A stretch of 62,422 bases of DNA, counting the filler, from Nemertoderma westbladi (lineage: Eukaryota; Animalia; Xenacoelomorpha): NCBI GenBank assembly GCA_032718475.1. It is 3 parts of 3 records of this genome, joined end to end, with 100 filler letters (N's around TTAATTAATTAA, not from the genome) between each part and the next. Parts side by side here need not be neighbours in the genome. Positions count along the whole stretch, not along the records: positions 1 to 13,491 come from JAUCBJ010006172.1; positions 13,592 to 39,175 come from JAUCBJ010005312.1; 1 more part is not named here. One strand, written 5' to 3'. Position numbers and translations under genes: made by a program. Below the pieces are notes generated by a model. The model was given only the letters and a program-made list of their open reading frames with translations. It was not told the DNA's origin and made no database searches. Each line of letters opens with the position of its first letter. Within the stretch, counting starts at the first letter, position 1. This document shows positions 12,738-24,600 of this stretch, piece after piece.

Positions 12738-12950
12738 ACCCAGTTGTTCACAATATAGGCTTCACCCCCAGGTGTTCATATTATATGCTGCACCCCCCAG
12801 TTATTCACAAAATAGGCTGCACCCCAGTTGTTTACTATATAGGCTGCACCCCCAGTTGTTCATATTATATGTTGCACCCCCCAGTTATTCACAATATAGG
12901 CTGCACCCCAGTTGTTCACAATATAGGCTGCACCCCCAGTTATTCACAAT
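12738..12950. repeat. 27-28-bp minisatellite overlapping the GPCR stop codon and 3' UTR
   Basis: (GCACCCCCAGTTATTCACAATATAGGCT)n, about 8 degenerate copies. The last unit includes TCA 12944-12946, the stop codon on the - strand. Confidence 0.85.
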
Positions 12951-13180
12951 GTGTCCCAAGAGCAGAACAATATTTTCTTGTAGGCGAGCATGAAGTTCGA
13001 GTTCATTGCCCCGTAGATGAAGGTGTTCATGACGCTGTTGATCATTGTTAACCAGGTAACGATGAGGTGGATGGGTTTTGGGACGGTATTATCAACATCA
13101 ATGAGAACTACGATACTGTACGGCGTCCAACATATATTGAATACCAGGAATACTGCGAACAGTGTCTTTACGAACTTCGT
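12944..13180 (-). CDS. Terminal coding exon (TM6-TM7-helix 8) of a rhodopsin-class GPCR, melatonin-receptor-like
   Basis: TLFAVFLVFNICWTPY carries the CWxP motif and INSVMNTFIYGAMNSNFMLAYKKIL resembles melatonin-receptor TM7/H8. Acceptor ATTTTTCAG lies at 13181-13189 on the - strand. Upstream exons were not identified and a gap follows. Confidence 0.85.
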   Translation of the reverse strand, partial: TKFVKTLFAVFLVFNICWTPYSIVVLIDVDNTVPKPIHLIVTWLTMINSVMNTFIYGAMNSNFMLAYKKILFCSWDTL

Positions 13181-13491
13181 CTGAAAAATAATATGTTGAA
13201 TAAGTAATGTTAGAAATATGATTATGACGTATATACACCATGACCCGTAAGATGTATTATTTTCTGATGACACGGACCCCTCCCAATTTTTTTTTTACAA
13301 ATCTTTATTATATTGCTTGATATTTGAAGCATATGTAGTACAACTCACTGTCGCTGTTACTATGAAAGTACCATTTTAAAACGCTTATAATAAAATTTAA
13401 AAATGAAATCGAATATTCCGACTTCATTGGGTCCTCGAAAGTGAGTTGAAGTAGTTGTGTTTCAATTTTCAAGCAATATGATAAAGATTTG

Positions 13492-13591
13492 NNNNNNNNN
13501 NNNNNNNNNNNNNNNNNNNNNNNNNNNNNNNNNNNTTAATTAATTAANNNNNNNNNNNNNNNNNNNNNNNNNNNNNNNNNNNNNNNNNNNN
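13492..13591. other. Assembly gap/linker (44 N + TTAATTAATTAA + 44 N)
   Basis: The same 100-bp structure occurs at 39176-39275. The 12-mer places stops in all six frames. Confidence 0.95.
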
Positions 13592-13659
13592 TAATCTAAC
13601 TAACTACACCAAAAACCAGCTAAAAACACATACATACATATAAACAAAATAGCTTTACT

Positions 13660-13852
13660 TCGCCTCTGGCAAAGTAAAGACGAGGTCATACCAGATCTTC
13701 TTCTCTGGCAACCAACTCATGGAAAGCGTAGTCGTGGACGACCGGCCATAACATATATAGATCAACTTGAAAGGGATACCGAACTTGGGAGAAACGAAAT
13801 TTCCACCACCACTCATTTCCACTGTCCGAGTTCGCTCGACCTAGTAGTAGTA
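13660..13852 (+). mobile_element. 3' end of an RTE-clade LINE (second, divergent family)
   Basis: Translates as DLLLWQPTHGKRSRGRPAITYIDQLERDT, homologous to NLVLWQPHGVNKHGGQPMTFLRRILKDT of the main copy. Ends CCTAGTAGTAGT. Confidence 0.7.
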
Positions 13853-14266
13853 TGAAATCGACAATACTCACAGATTTTTAGTTTGTCAGTTTCAAATCAG
13901 ATTCTTAAGTTTATTTGTTTAGTAGATACAGGAAACCATTTCAATTAGACGTTATGATCAAATCAGTAAATATAGCTGCTTTATATCTATGTGAGAAATT
14001 TTATTCTGTATATAAAGTACTAATCTCCATCTTGCAGCTGTTCAAAAAACCTGTAAGAAACTCATAGAAGTCGTTGAACTCATAAAATACTTAATATCAA
14101 AGGGGTGCAAGGGGCTTGTATTAGAACTCTGCATTGAGTCATAATTGTGGTCATGGTAGTTCTTGTGATAAGCAGTTTAGTGTCAAAAGACATAAATGGA
14201 ATGAGTTCTTGATATAAACTAATAAGGTATAATTGTGGTTCTAGTAATAAACAATGTATTGATAAA

Positions 14267-16056
14267 TATCCTTCTAAGTGCCAAAATGGGCTCCATGGTC
14301 CCACGACCTTTACGGAACCCATTCTGATTTCCACGGAGCAGTCTCTCAATGGGATCCCTGATGCGATTTAATAGAATTCTATTGTATAGCTTTGCAGCAA
14401 TCGAGATCAATGAGATTCCCCGAAAAGAAACATAGAGTGTTAGGTTGCCCTTCTTGGGAACTGGCACCAACTTATTTGTTTTCATTTCTTGTGGGACTCT
14501 TGTTGTTCTGTATATGTCTACTTTGATGGTATGGATGAGCTTTAAACACTCAGGTATTTTAAAGATCTCAAGGGGGACACCATCTACTCCACTGGCACGA
14601 TTGGTCTTAATGCTCTTTGCAGCAGCCTTCACTTCTGCAAAGGAGATATCGCCAATGGGAATATCTGGGAGTACAGACTCAGACACTTTTACTTCTATAA
14701 AGTTATCAGGCAATACCCTGTCATTATTGAGGAGCTTTTCAAAATCGGCCTTCCAAACATTGAGGTGATCGGCTGGTGATTCTGCCTTAACCTTGGTGGT
14801 TGGTTGACTTTTCCGCCAAGTAAGCAAGTTGATCGATTTCCATGCCTGGGATGATTGCCTGCTGTTGTCAGCATTAGTGATGGCATCAACCTGTTGGTTT
14901 ATTAGCTCCTGCAGATTAACAGAGTACTGCCTGTTCAGGGACCTAGATGCAGCCTTAACTGGATTCTTGGCCGCTGTAGTCTGTTTGAGTCGGGACTCTT
15001 TCTGCGCCTTATAGAGGTCATTTCGTCACTTCTGAATTTTGTGGTCAGTCCAGAGCAACTTTTTCCTGTTTCGAGGGTATACAGGAACTGTTTCTGCAGC
15101 TGCTAACTTAACTGCTTCTGTGAAGGCAGTATAGCTCTTGCAGTGATCTGCCGCCTCAGAGGCAAGAACCTCATACCTGTTGCTCAGCTGTAGTGTGAAG
15201 CTGGATCTCACACTTGGCTGTTGTAACAGAGATGACAAAGACATGCCGCGGCAGGGCAGATTTCGTTGTTCTGCAAGCACGCAGATTAAGTCTTACCTTG
15301 GCCACAATAAGGCGGTGATCACTGGAGAAGGGTCGAAGTGTAAATGCATTACAGTCTTGTATAGAGCTCCTGTATTTCCTACGCAACAGAATATGGTCTA
15401 TCTGGGACTTGTGACCACTGGGCACACTATGAGTCCATAGCTTTCCAGTTCGCTTCTTGAACAGGGTTCCAGCCGAAAACAATCCATTTGCAGAGATAAT
15501 ATCCTGAAGATGGACGGAATTTCGGTTAACACTGTCGTTATTTACCCAGGGCGATGTAGGTGATTGATGCAGACTTGCATTAAACTCTCCCAGGGATGTT
15601 AAGAATGCATGCTGATCCACTCCATCAGTAGCTGCTTGTAGATTGTGGTAGAAATTATCCACCTCCTATACAGGGGCAACATTAGTTGAAGAGTAGCACA
15701 CAGTCAGAACCACTTTAGGAAACTTCTTAGCCAGTCTTCCAGAACATGAGAAGTGGCAACGGATGATGCGGTTAGAGATTTGGTCAATTTTGTCCAATGC
15801 TGCATGTGCAGTTGGATTCATCAATAGACCAATTCCACCATTGCCACTAGCATCTGCTTATGCGAGGGCGAGTCGCCAACCGACCCCCATGTCCTAAATC
15901 AGAACCTCTTAAGTCAGTCCAGTCTGTATTCGGTGCTCTTGAACACCCACTGCGCTAAGAGAAAGCTCATCTGCCAAGGCAGTCAGCTCACCTTGTCACA
16001 TTGGGGACCCAAGTGTTAGGGTGTTAACTGAGGCTAGTCTAGTGACTTGCCTCAGA
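14267..16056 (-). mobile_element. RTE LINE fragment (endonuclease to start of RT), same family as 21697-25443
   Basis: Near-identical reverse complement of ~22450-24242. Broken ORFs carry SQIDHIL, FSSDHRL, VPKKGNL and QNGFRKGR. Confidence 0.92.
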
Positions 16057-16354
16057 GTTTCCTAGTAGCATATCTATTGATAATTCGTTTATAATGAGCA
16101 CATCACAGATAACCAGATCCGATCACGTAATTTTCCATAATATAATATTCAACTTTATTTATTTTTAAAATTAAGATTAACATATACCTAAAATAATCTG
16201 GTAATTATAAACAGCACTATTATACAATAGTGCTTGAAAAATATAATCGTATAATCTCTGGTGACAGGGATGTAGGATGCGTAGTTTATGCCGAGACAGG
16301 GGGCTGTGAAGTAGAACCTTTTAAGCTATGTGAACTACTATATTTACCACTTTT

Positions 16355-17143
16355 GATACCTTAGCAACGGGTACCACTATTTCTACCATTAACTAGTCGC
16401 CATGCCATCTAGCAAGAGACTGGAGAACTACTGCTGAATCCCCCACTTCAATTCAATGTTAGACTTTGACAGACTACAGGTGAACCGAGTTTGGTTTCGT
16501 ATTCTCAAAGGGTGAAGAAGTTATTAGCTTTCAAACATTTGGCGACAGACAGACCGAATCACAAACATAAAACAGTAGAAACAGCGGCACCCATATGATA
16601 AGCTCGATTTCTTCATCACTCCCCCAACAAGCTATGGGTGACAAGGGCAGTTTATATTGTATGTGTTTTATTGACCCAAAAGGAAATGCAAGTTTCATAA
16701 ACAGACAAGCAAAGAAATTACTTTTTACGAGGTCCTAAGAACAGTACTTAACAGATAACAAGAATATTAATTTGGATAATATAAGACATAGCGAAACAAA
16801 CAAGAAACTATACACAATTACAAGAAATAGAATGGAACATGGAACAGGGTAAGGCACAGGTAATAAAACGATATACAAAATATGAGGCGATTCTGTGACA
16901 GTTACATCTAGAGTTAGAACATTAGACGATGACTAATGAGATTGAAACATTAGTGGTAGAAGATACCTTAGCAACGGGTACCACTATTTCTACCATTAAC
17001 TAGTCGCCATGCCATCTAGCAAGAGACTGGAGAACTACTGCTGAATCCCCCACTTCAATTCAATGTTAGACTTTGACAGACTACAGGTGAACCGAGTTTG
17101 GTTTCGTATTCTCAAAGGGTGAAGAAGTTATTAGCTTTCAAAC
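16355..17143. repeat. Pair of 182-bp direct repeats (16355-16536, 16962-17143)
   Basis: GATACCTTAGCAACGGG...TTAGCTTTCAAAC is present twice, separated by 425 bp. Confidence 0.85.
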
Positions 17144-17609
17144 GTCCCAGCAGGGGACCATCTGATAAACCAGCAACAGAACCACCAAGATTTTATACCT
17201 CCATCCAGTTCTATTAGTTACACTTTCATTATGGGAACCAAATACTTTCATTATAGCAATGTTTATTGACTAAGATTAAAGTGTTAATAATAATATATGC
17301 AAAAGGCCAAGACTCTACGTTATATAAGCCTATTTATACCAATTACTTAATTTATTATTTTTTGCCAAAAAAAATATATTTTTATTAACTAAAAATAACT
17401 GAATAAGTAGTAAAGTAACTACTAGGTTTATCATATACTTCTCATATTCTCTGAAACCCAGGTTCAATAACATGTCAACTAAGATGAACTGTTCCACGTC
17501 TTAAAATAATTATTCAGTACTCGAGTAACATGCCTAGAGAGAACTGTTACTTTATAATAATTCTTGAGCCAGTAGTGGATGTTGCCATCACCCCCATATT
17601 CATGCTGCA

Positions 17610-17797
17610 AGTATGCTGAACGTGAACATACATGAGCAAGAGACTGAATCAAAGGCCTTGAAGAAGTCAACAAAGATAACTGAGATGATAACCAGATATC
17701 TTTTTACCAGATAACTTTTTCAATAACTCTTCAATTATCCTTGTAAGCGCTAGAATGGCTCCATGATGGTCCCACAACCTTTACGGAATCCATTCTT
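17610..17797 (-). mobile_element. Degraded RTE RT fragment
   Basis: Reverse complement matches 24185-24345 (NGFRKG...IFVDFFKAFDSVS). Confidence 0.75.
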
Positions 17798-18074
17798 ATG
17801 TTTGGTAGATTCTCAATGTGGTCCTCCAAACCCATTGAGGAGTCAGTATGTAACTAATGTCTATTTTTCCCCTATTCCCCCTTGATGTAAAATTTGCCGA
17901 GAGCAATAAATTAATTACATATAATTTTTATATTGGCAGTAATTATTAAAACCGCATTATTGATGCCATCGTATGACCATTACATTACCATCTTTTAGAT
18001 AAGCAGATCTAACTAATTTTTTATTTAAATAAATAAATATCACCAGCGCAGCAATCCTCTCACAACTTTTTCGA

Positions 18075-18370
18075 GAGACAACGGACTTCCTGGGGGCACC
18101 GAAGTAAACCTGAGAAACTCAGACAATTCGAGTGAAACCTCGGGAGATAACAGACTTCCTGGGGGCACTGAAGTAAACCCGAGAAACTCTGACAATTCGA
18201 GCGAAACTTTGGGAGAGAACGGACTTCCTGGGGGCTCCAAAGTAAACCCGAGAAACTCTGACAATTTGAGCGAAACTTTGCGAGACATCGGACTTCCTGG
18301 GGGCACCGAAGTAAACCCGAGAAACTCCGACAATTCGAGTGGAACTTCGGGAGCTAATTGACTTCCTGGT
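18075..18370 (+). repeat. 69-bp tandem repeat (~4 copies), probably coding GLPGGTEVNPRNSDNSSETSGDN
   Basis: Unit length is a multiple of 3. Several differences between copies are synonymous in the + frame (TCA/TCT/TCC, AGT/AGC, ACC/ACT). Confidence 0.7.
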
Positions 18371-19419
18371 TGTGGCAACCTAGCTAAACCGGTTTGGGGG
18401 ATCGGCCTGGGAATCCATACAGCTGTACCCCAGTCCGGATTGGCTCTTCTCACATAGACCTGAACATCAGTGCACCTGCTGAGGCACCAAACTCTATTAA
18501 ATGTAGAGACAGTCATGTGAATCCAGGCGAGGTAAATAGGGCGAGGCGAGGGGTCCAGGCGAGGTAAATAGGGATCCAGGCGAGGCCGGGACAGTAAGCT
18601 GGTTAATCTGGATGAGGTAAACCTGATCTGGGACTGCCGGGTTTATGTAAATGGGGAGGACTTGATCCGGAGTCAGGTCAATGGGGACGAGTCAGTTAAC
18701 CCAATGGGGACGACTCAGATAACACACAGCTGGGACAGCTGTGTGTTATCCTGTGTGACATCCTTCAATGATCAGCAAGCAGCTGATCCAACCCAATATC
18801 AAAGGACTGAAGGCACCCATCTTTCATCTAAACCTTGCAAATCTTGTGACGATCCTGCCCAAGAACAATTGAATGGAGGCGCTCCTCCTCCATCTAAACC
18901 CAGGGTACACCACCATGGTCCCACCCAAGATCTGGTGATCAGAGGCTCACCTCCTTTTACTGAATCAGGCGATGACCCATCACAGACCACCCCAAAGTAC
19001 GTTGGCCTGGGATACCATACGACATATGACCTGGCTTGGGGGTGTCTGGGAAAATATAATAGACTTAAGTACCTAAATTCGCAGAGTAGTAACTCTCTTC
19101 ATCTGTCAAAAACAGGTGAATCTGGCGATGTTCCCACCCATGACCCTGGGATTGGATGCACTCCATTTTCATCTAAATCCGGTGAATACTGCGCTGTCTC
19201 ATTTCGTGATCTGGAGATTGGAGGCTCAACTCCGCTGACTGAACCAGTTGAGCTATTAAACCAATCTAACAAACTGACTCCTGAACCTAATAAACGCAAG
19301 TATATTTATAAAGTCTTTGCTCACCATCTCAAATCCACAGTAGCATATTGGATGATACAAGCACAATAATTAACTATTTAAATAGTTTAACTAAAGATGC
19401 CACACCTGGAATTCCTTTT

Positions 19420-19940
19420 CCTCCTCCTTTTCCTGAAGCTTACAGCTCTTTGAAGCCTGGTCAATGGATAAGTGACGATATTATCTCTGGCTTTATTTCA
19501 ATACTTGCGCTGGCTTCACCTCGTGTGGCTGCAATACCAATCCTCTTGGCACTATTGTGAGCTAGAATAGTTTTGATGAATGACTGCAATTAATTATTTG
19601 GCACGTCAATATTTGGGCCTATATCTCAAGAATCCACTTGACCTTCTTCTAATTCCAGAATTCATCAATAACAATCAATTTGTGCTTCATATGTTGGTAA
19701 TACACAAAACAAATGAATATTTCTCCTTAACTCGCTTGGCCCTTCTTTGCCAACAGTGTCTACATATTCGCTGGCATCAATACTTAATAGGATTGATGAA
19801 GGCAATGCACTTAGTACCAGGTCCTGTGGTAATGGAAATAAACTTTCATGGTCTACAACAGAGAAACACACCTCGCACCCCAAACAGTCAAACAGTTTTT
19901 TTACTATGGAATTTTTGGCCGTATTTATGCTCTAGCAGTT
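19420..19940 (+). pseudogene. Decayed Ulp1/SENP-like (peptidase C48) domain, probably transposon-borne
   Basis: Motifs appear in the expected order across frames: SLKPGQWISDDII (LxPxxWLNDxII), LLIPEFINNNQFVL (IPxxxxxHWxL) and PKQSNSFF-YYGIF (PxQxNxxDCG). Catalytic residues appear lost. Confidence 0.6.
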
Positions 19941-20340
19941 GTTCAGGACCGTGATCAAATCTCCAGGATTCATTTCGATAGTGATAAAGCACAACAATGG
20001 GATCAAAGCTGCCTTGAAGAAGTGAAAATTATCTGCCATAATGATGTTGATTTTGACCCAACTTTCCAGGTCAACTCTCAAAAGGGCACCAATACGAATT
20101 ACAACAAACATGAACTAATAACACAGCTAATAACACAGTAACACATAATTCAGTCCAAGGTGAATCAACAGCTGCAGGAATATCTAAGAAAAAGTGTGGA
20201 CCATCGCTAGACTCAATGAGCAGGTCCAAATTCGCGACTCAATATAAAAAGCACTTGTAGCCAACACAGAAGGGAGCTCTACCAAATACATACATTGTGG
20301 AGAACATTGCAGTTCGTGATGGTACTGAAAACTGTGATAA

Positions 20341-20420
20341 ACCAGTTAACAATCCCGCAGTCTCAGACTTAGCTGAACTGGAGTTCAGCTAAGTCTGAGA
20401 CTGCGGGATTGTTAACTGGT
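20341..20420. mobile_element. 80-bp perfect palindrome (39-bp arms), MITE-like
   Basis: ACCAGTTAACAATCCCGCAGTCTCAGACTTAGCTGAACT-GG-exact reverse complement. Confidence 0.7.
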
Positions 20421-20452
20421 CTAGGCCTTCTTCAATACACAAGAAAAGTTGC

Positions 20453-21696
20453 TGGTAGCAGATAGGAGTAGCACCCACCCCTACCTTAGGGTAGCAGATA
20501 GGAGTAGCACCCACCCCTATCTTCGGGTAGCAGATAAGGAGTAGCACCCACCCCTACCTTCGGGTAGCAGATATGAGTAGCGCCCAGCCCTACCTTCGGG
20601 AATCAGATAGGAGCAGCGCCCACCCCTACCTTCGGGGAGCAGATAGGAGCAGCACCCACCCCTACCTTAGGGTAGCAGATAGGAGTAGCGCCCACCCCTA
20701 CCTTTGGGTAGCAGATAGGAGTAGCGCCCACCCCTACCTTTGGGTAGCAGATAGGAGCAGCACCCACCCCTACCTTCGGGTAGCAGATATGAGTAGCGCC
20801 CACTCCTACCTTCGGGTAGTAGATAGGAGTAGCGCCCACCCCTACCCTCGGGTTGCAGATAGGAGTAGCGCCCATCCCTACCTTCGGGGAGCAGATAGGA
20901 GCAGCACCCACCCCTACCTTAGGGTAGCAGATAGGAGTAGCGCCCACCCCTACCTTTGGGTAGCAGATAGGAGTAGCGCCCACCCCTACCTTAGGGTAGC
21001 AGATAGGAGTAGCGCCCACCCCTACCTTCGGGGAGCAGATAGGAGCAGCACCCACCCCTACCTTCGGGGAGCAGATAGGAGCAGCACCCACCCCTACCTT
21101 CGGGAATCAGATAGGAGTAGCGCCCACCCCTACCTTCGGGGAGCAGATAGGAGCAGCACCCACCCTACCTTAGGGTAGCAGATAGGAGTAGCGCCCACCC
21201 CTACCTTTGGGTAGCAGATAGGAGTAGCGCCCACCCCTACCTTCGGGGAGCAGATAGGAGCAGCACCCACCCCTACCTTCGGGAATCAGATAGGAGTAAC
21301 GCCCACCCCTACCTTTGGGTAGCAGATAGGAGTAGCGCCCACCCCTACCTTAGGGTAGCAGATAGGAGTAGCGCCCACACCCACCCCTACCTTCGGGGAG
21401 CAGATAGGAGCAGCACACACCCCTACCTTCGGGAATCAGATAGGAGTAGCGCCCACCCCTACCTTCGGGGAGCAGATAGGAGCAGCACCCACCCCTACCT
21501 TAGGGTAGCAGATATGAGTAGCGCCCAGTCCTACCTTCGGGTAGTAGATAGGAGTAGCGCCCACCCCTACCCTCGGGTTGCAGATAGGAGTAGCGCCCAT
21601 CCCTACCTTCGGGGAGCAGATAGGAGCAGCACCCACCCCTACCTTAGGGTAGCAGATAGGAGTAGCGCCCACCCCTACCTTTGGGTAGCAGATAGG
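20453..21696. repeat. 36-bp satellite (AGTAGCGCCCACCCCTACCTTCGGGTAGCAGATAGG)n, left part
   Basis: Direct inspection. It produces the SSAHPYLRVADR repeat ORFs. Confidence 0.95.
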
Positions 21697-24600
21697 TCAG
21701 GTCAGGTCAAGTATTCTAAGTCATTGATCAAGAAAACTTGCCACCTCCATGCAGCATAAAGGAGGTGCTACCTGTAGCTGCATAGACCCTCTTACTAGGG
21801 CAAATCTGGTCCTGTAACTAGGACCCCCTTCGTTCTGGGATAAGGACGCCCTTGGTCCTGGATTAAGGACCCATATACTTGGCTGCAGGGGTATATGGCC
21901 TGACCAGGCAGATGGTGATCTACCAATGGCTGGTTAGGAGTAGAGTGTTCTCATGTCCACTCTGAGAGCACTTCACTGCAACCTGCACCTGGCAGCAAGG
22001 GTACAGGGCATGACCCAGCAGATGAGCTGCAACAGCCAATGGTGGGTCATGTACGCCTGAGTAGATATGGGTGATGGGCCTCATATCTGACTCCATTGCG
22101 ACACCCACCCTGTGGAATGGCAAACCAGGGTGTGGTATTTGCCCCGAGAGCTGACTCGGCAAAAAAACATCCCCCAACCCCCACTATGGATTACATTAGC
22201 AATGCGGAGGTCCGGCCACTAGAGGCCAGTGGAATTACTGGACACAATCGGCCTCACAGGCGTCAGTTAACTCCTGACTGGCTGCCTGTCTGGAGAGAGA
22301 GCAGCCAACAATTCTTTGAGTCCCTTTCCTGATGACCTTTCTGGCCCAAACCCTGGGTCACCAGGGAGGCCAGATTGTGATGGGGAGAGGGATTCTGGAG
22401 TTGGAGGCTACTCTCATGTTCCACCCCGACCAACAAAGCCATTGGTGAATCTGAGGCAAGTCACTAGACTAGCCTCAGTAAACACCCTAACACTCGGGTC
22501 CCCAATGCGACAAGGTGAGCTGACTGCCTTGGCAGATAAGCTCTCTCTTAGCGCAGTGGGTGTTCAAGAGCACCGAATGCAGACTGGACAGACTGATGAG
22601 GTACTGATTAAGGACATGGGGGGCGGTTGGCGACTCGCCCTCGCGTCAGCAGATGATAGTGGGAATGGTGGAATTGGTCTATTGATGAATCCAACTGCAC
22701 ATGCAGCATTGGACAAAATAGACCAAATCTCTAACCGCATCATCCGTTGCCACTTCTAATGTTCTGGAAGACTGGCTAAGAAGTTTCCTAAGGTAGTTCT
22801 GATTGTGTGCTACTCTCCAACTAGTGTTGCCCCTGTAGAGGAGGTGGAAAATTTCTACCACAATCTACAAGCAGCTAGCTACTGATGGAGTGGATCAGCA
22901 TGCATTCTTAACATTCCTGGGAGACTTTAATGCAAGTCTGCATCAATCACCTACATCGCCCTGGGTCTATAGCAATAGTGTTAACCGAAATTCTGTCCAT
23001 CTTCAGGATTTTATCTCTGGAAATGGATTGTTTTCGGCTGGAACCCAGTTCAAGAAGCGAACTGGAAAGCTATGGACTCATAGTGGACCCAGTGGTCACA
23101 AGTCCCAGATAGACCATATTCTGTTTCGTAGGAAATACAGGAGCTCTATACAAGACTGTAATGCATTTACACTTCGACCCTTCTCCAGTGATCACCGCCT
23201 TATTGTGGCCAAGGTAAGACTTAGTCTGCGTGCTAGCAGAACAACGAAATCTGCCTTGCCTCGGCAAGACTGGTCCTCTCTGTTGCAACAGCCAAGTGTG
23301 AGATCCAGCTTCACACTACAGCTGAGCAACAGGTATGAGGCTCTTGCCTCTGAGGCGGCAGATCACTGTGAGGGCTATACTGCCTTTACAGAAGCAGTTA
23401 AGTTAGCAGCTGCAGAAACAGTTCCTGTATACCCTCGAAACAGGAAAAGGGCCCCCTGGACTGACAACAAAATTTAGAAGTGCCGAAATGACCTTCATAA
23501 GGCGCAGAAAGAGTCCCGACTCAAACAGACTACAGCGGCCAAGAATGCAGTTAAGGCTGCATCTAGGTCCCTGAACAGGCAGTAGTCTGTTAATCTACAG
23601 GAGCTAATAAACCAACAGGTTGATGCCATCAATGATGCTGACGACAACAGGCAATCATCCCAGGCATGGAAGTCGATCAATCTGCTTACTGGGCGGAAAA
23701 GCCAACCAACCACCAAGGTTAAGGCTGAATCACCAGCCGATCGCCTCAATGGTTGGAAAGCCCACTTTGAAAAGCTCCTCAATAATGACAGGGTATTGCC
23801 TGATAACTTTATAGAAGTAAAAGTGTCTGAGTCTGTACTCCCAGATATTCCCATTGGCGATATCTCCTTTGCAGAAGTGAAGGCTGCTGCAAAGAGCATT
23901 AAGACCAATCGTGCCAGTGGAGTAGATGGTGTTCCCCCTGAGGTCTTTAAAATACCTGAGTGTTTAAAGCTCATCTATCCCATCATAGTAGACATGTACC
24001 GAACAACAAGAGTCCCACAAGAAATGAAAACAAATAAGTTGGTGCCAGTTCCCAAGAAGGGCAACCTAACACTCTATGGTTCTTTTCGGGGAATCTCATT
24101 GATCTCGATTGCTGCAAAGCTATACAATAGGATTCTATTAAATCGCATCAGGGATCCAATTGAGAGACTGCTCCGTGGAAATCAGAATGGGTTCCGTAAA
24201 GGTCGTGGGACCATGGAGCCCATTTTGGCACTTAGAAGGATAATTGAAAAATTATCAAAAAAGAAAGACAGGCATCTGGCTGTTATCTTTGTTGACTTCT
24301 TCAAGGCCTTTGATTCAGTTTCTCGGTCACGTATGTTCAGCATACTTTCATTATATGGGATTCCTGATGAAATTATTGCAGCAATCAGATCAGTATACGA
24401 TGGTTCGACAACATTTGTGTCTACTGTTGACGGTGACACAGAACCATTTGAAGTGTTATGGGGCGTCCTCCAAGGAGACACACTTGCACCATTCTTGTTC
24501 ATTATTGTGGTTGACTATGTTCTTCTACGCATGTCCTTAGATCATCATAATGAAGATGGGGTGATGATAACTCCACCTACTGGCTCCAGAAGTCGAGGAA

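Noticed and set aside
13264-13445. CTGATGA...GAAA as a hammerhead ribozyme
   Set aside because: The core halves are ~170 bp apart and I could not form stems I and III. The region has MITE-like inverted repeats instead (13298-13320 / 13469-13491).
20573-21759. SSAHPYLRVADR and VGVGATPICYPK repeat ORFs (also 25345-26723)
   Set aside because: These are translations of the 36-bp satellite, open on both strands and interrupted by a LINE.
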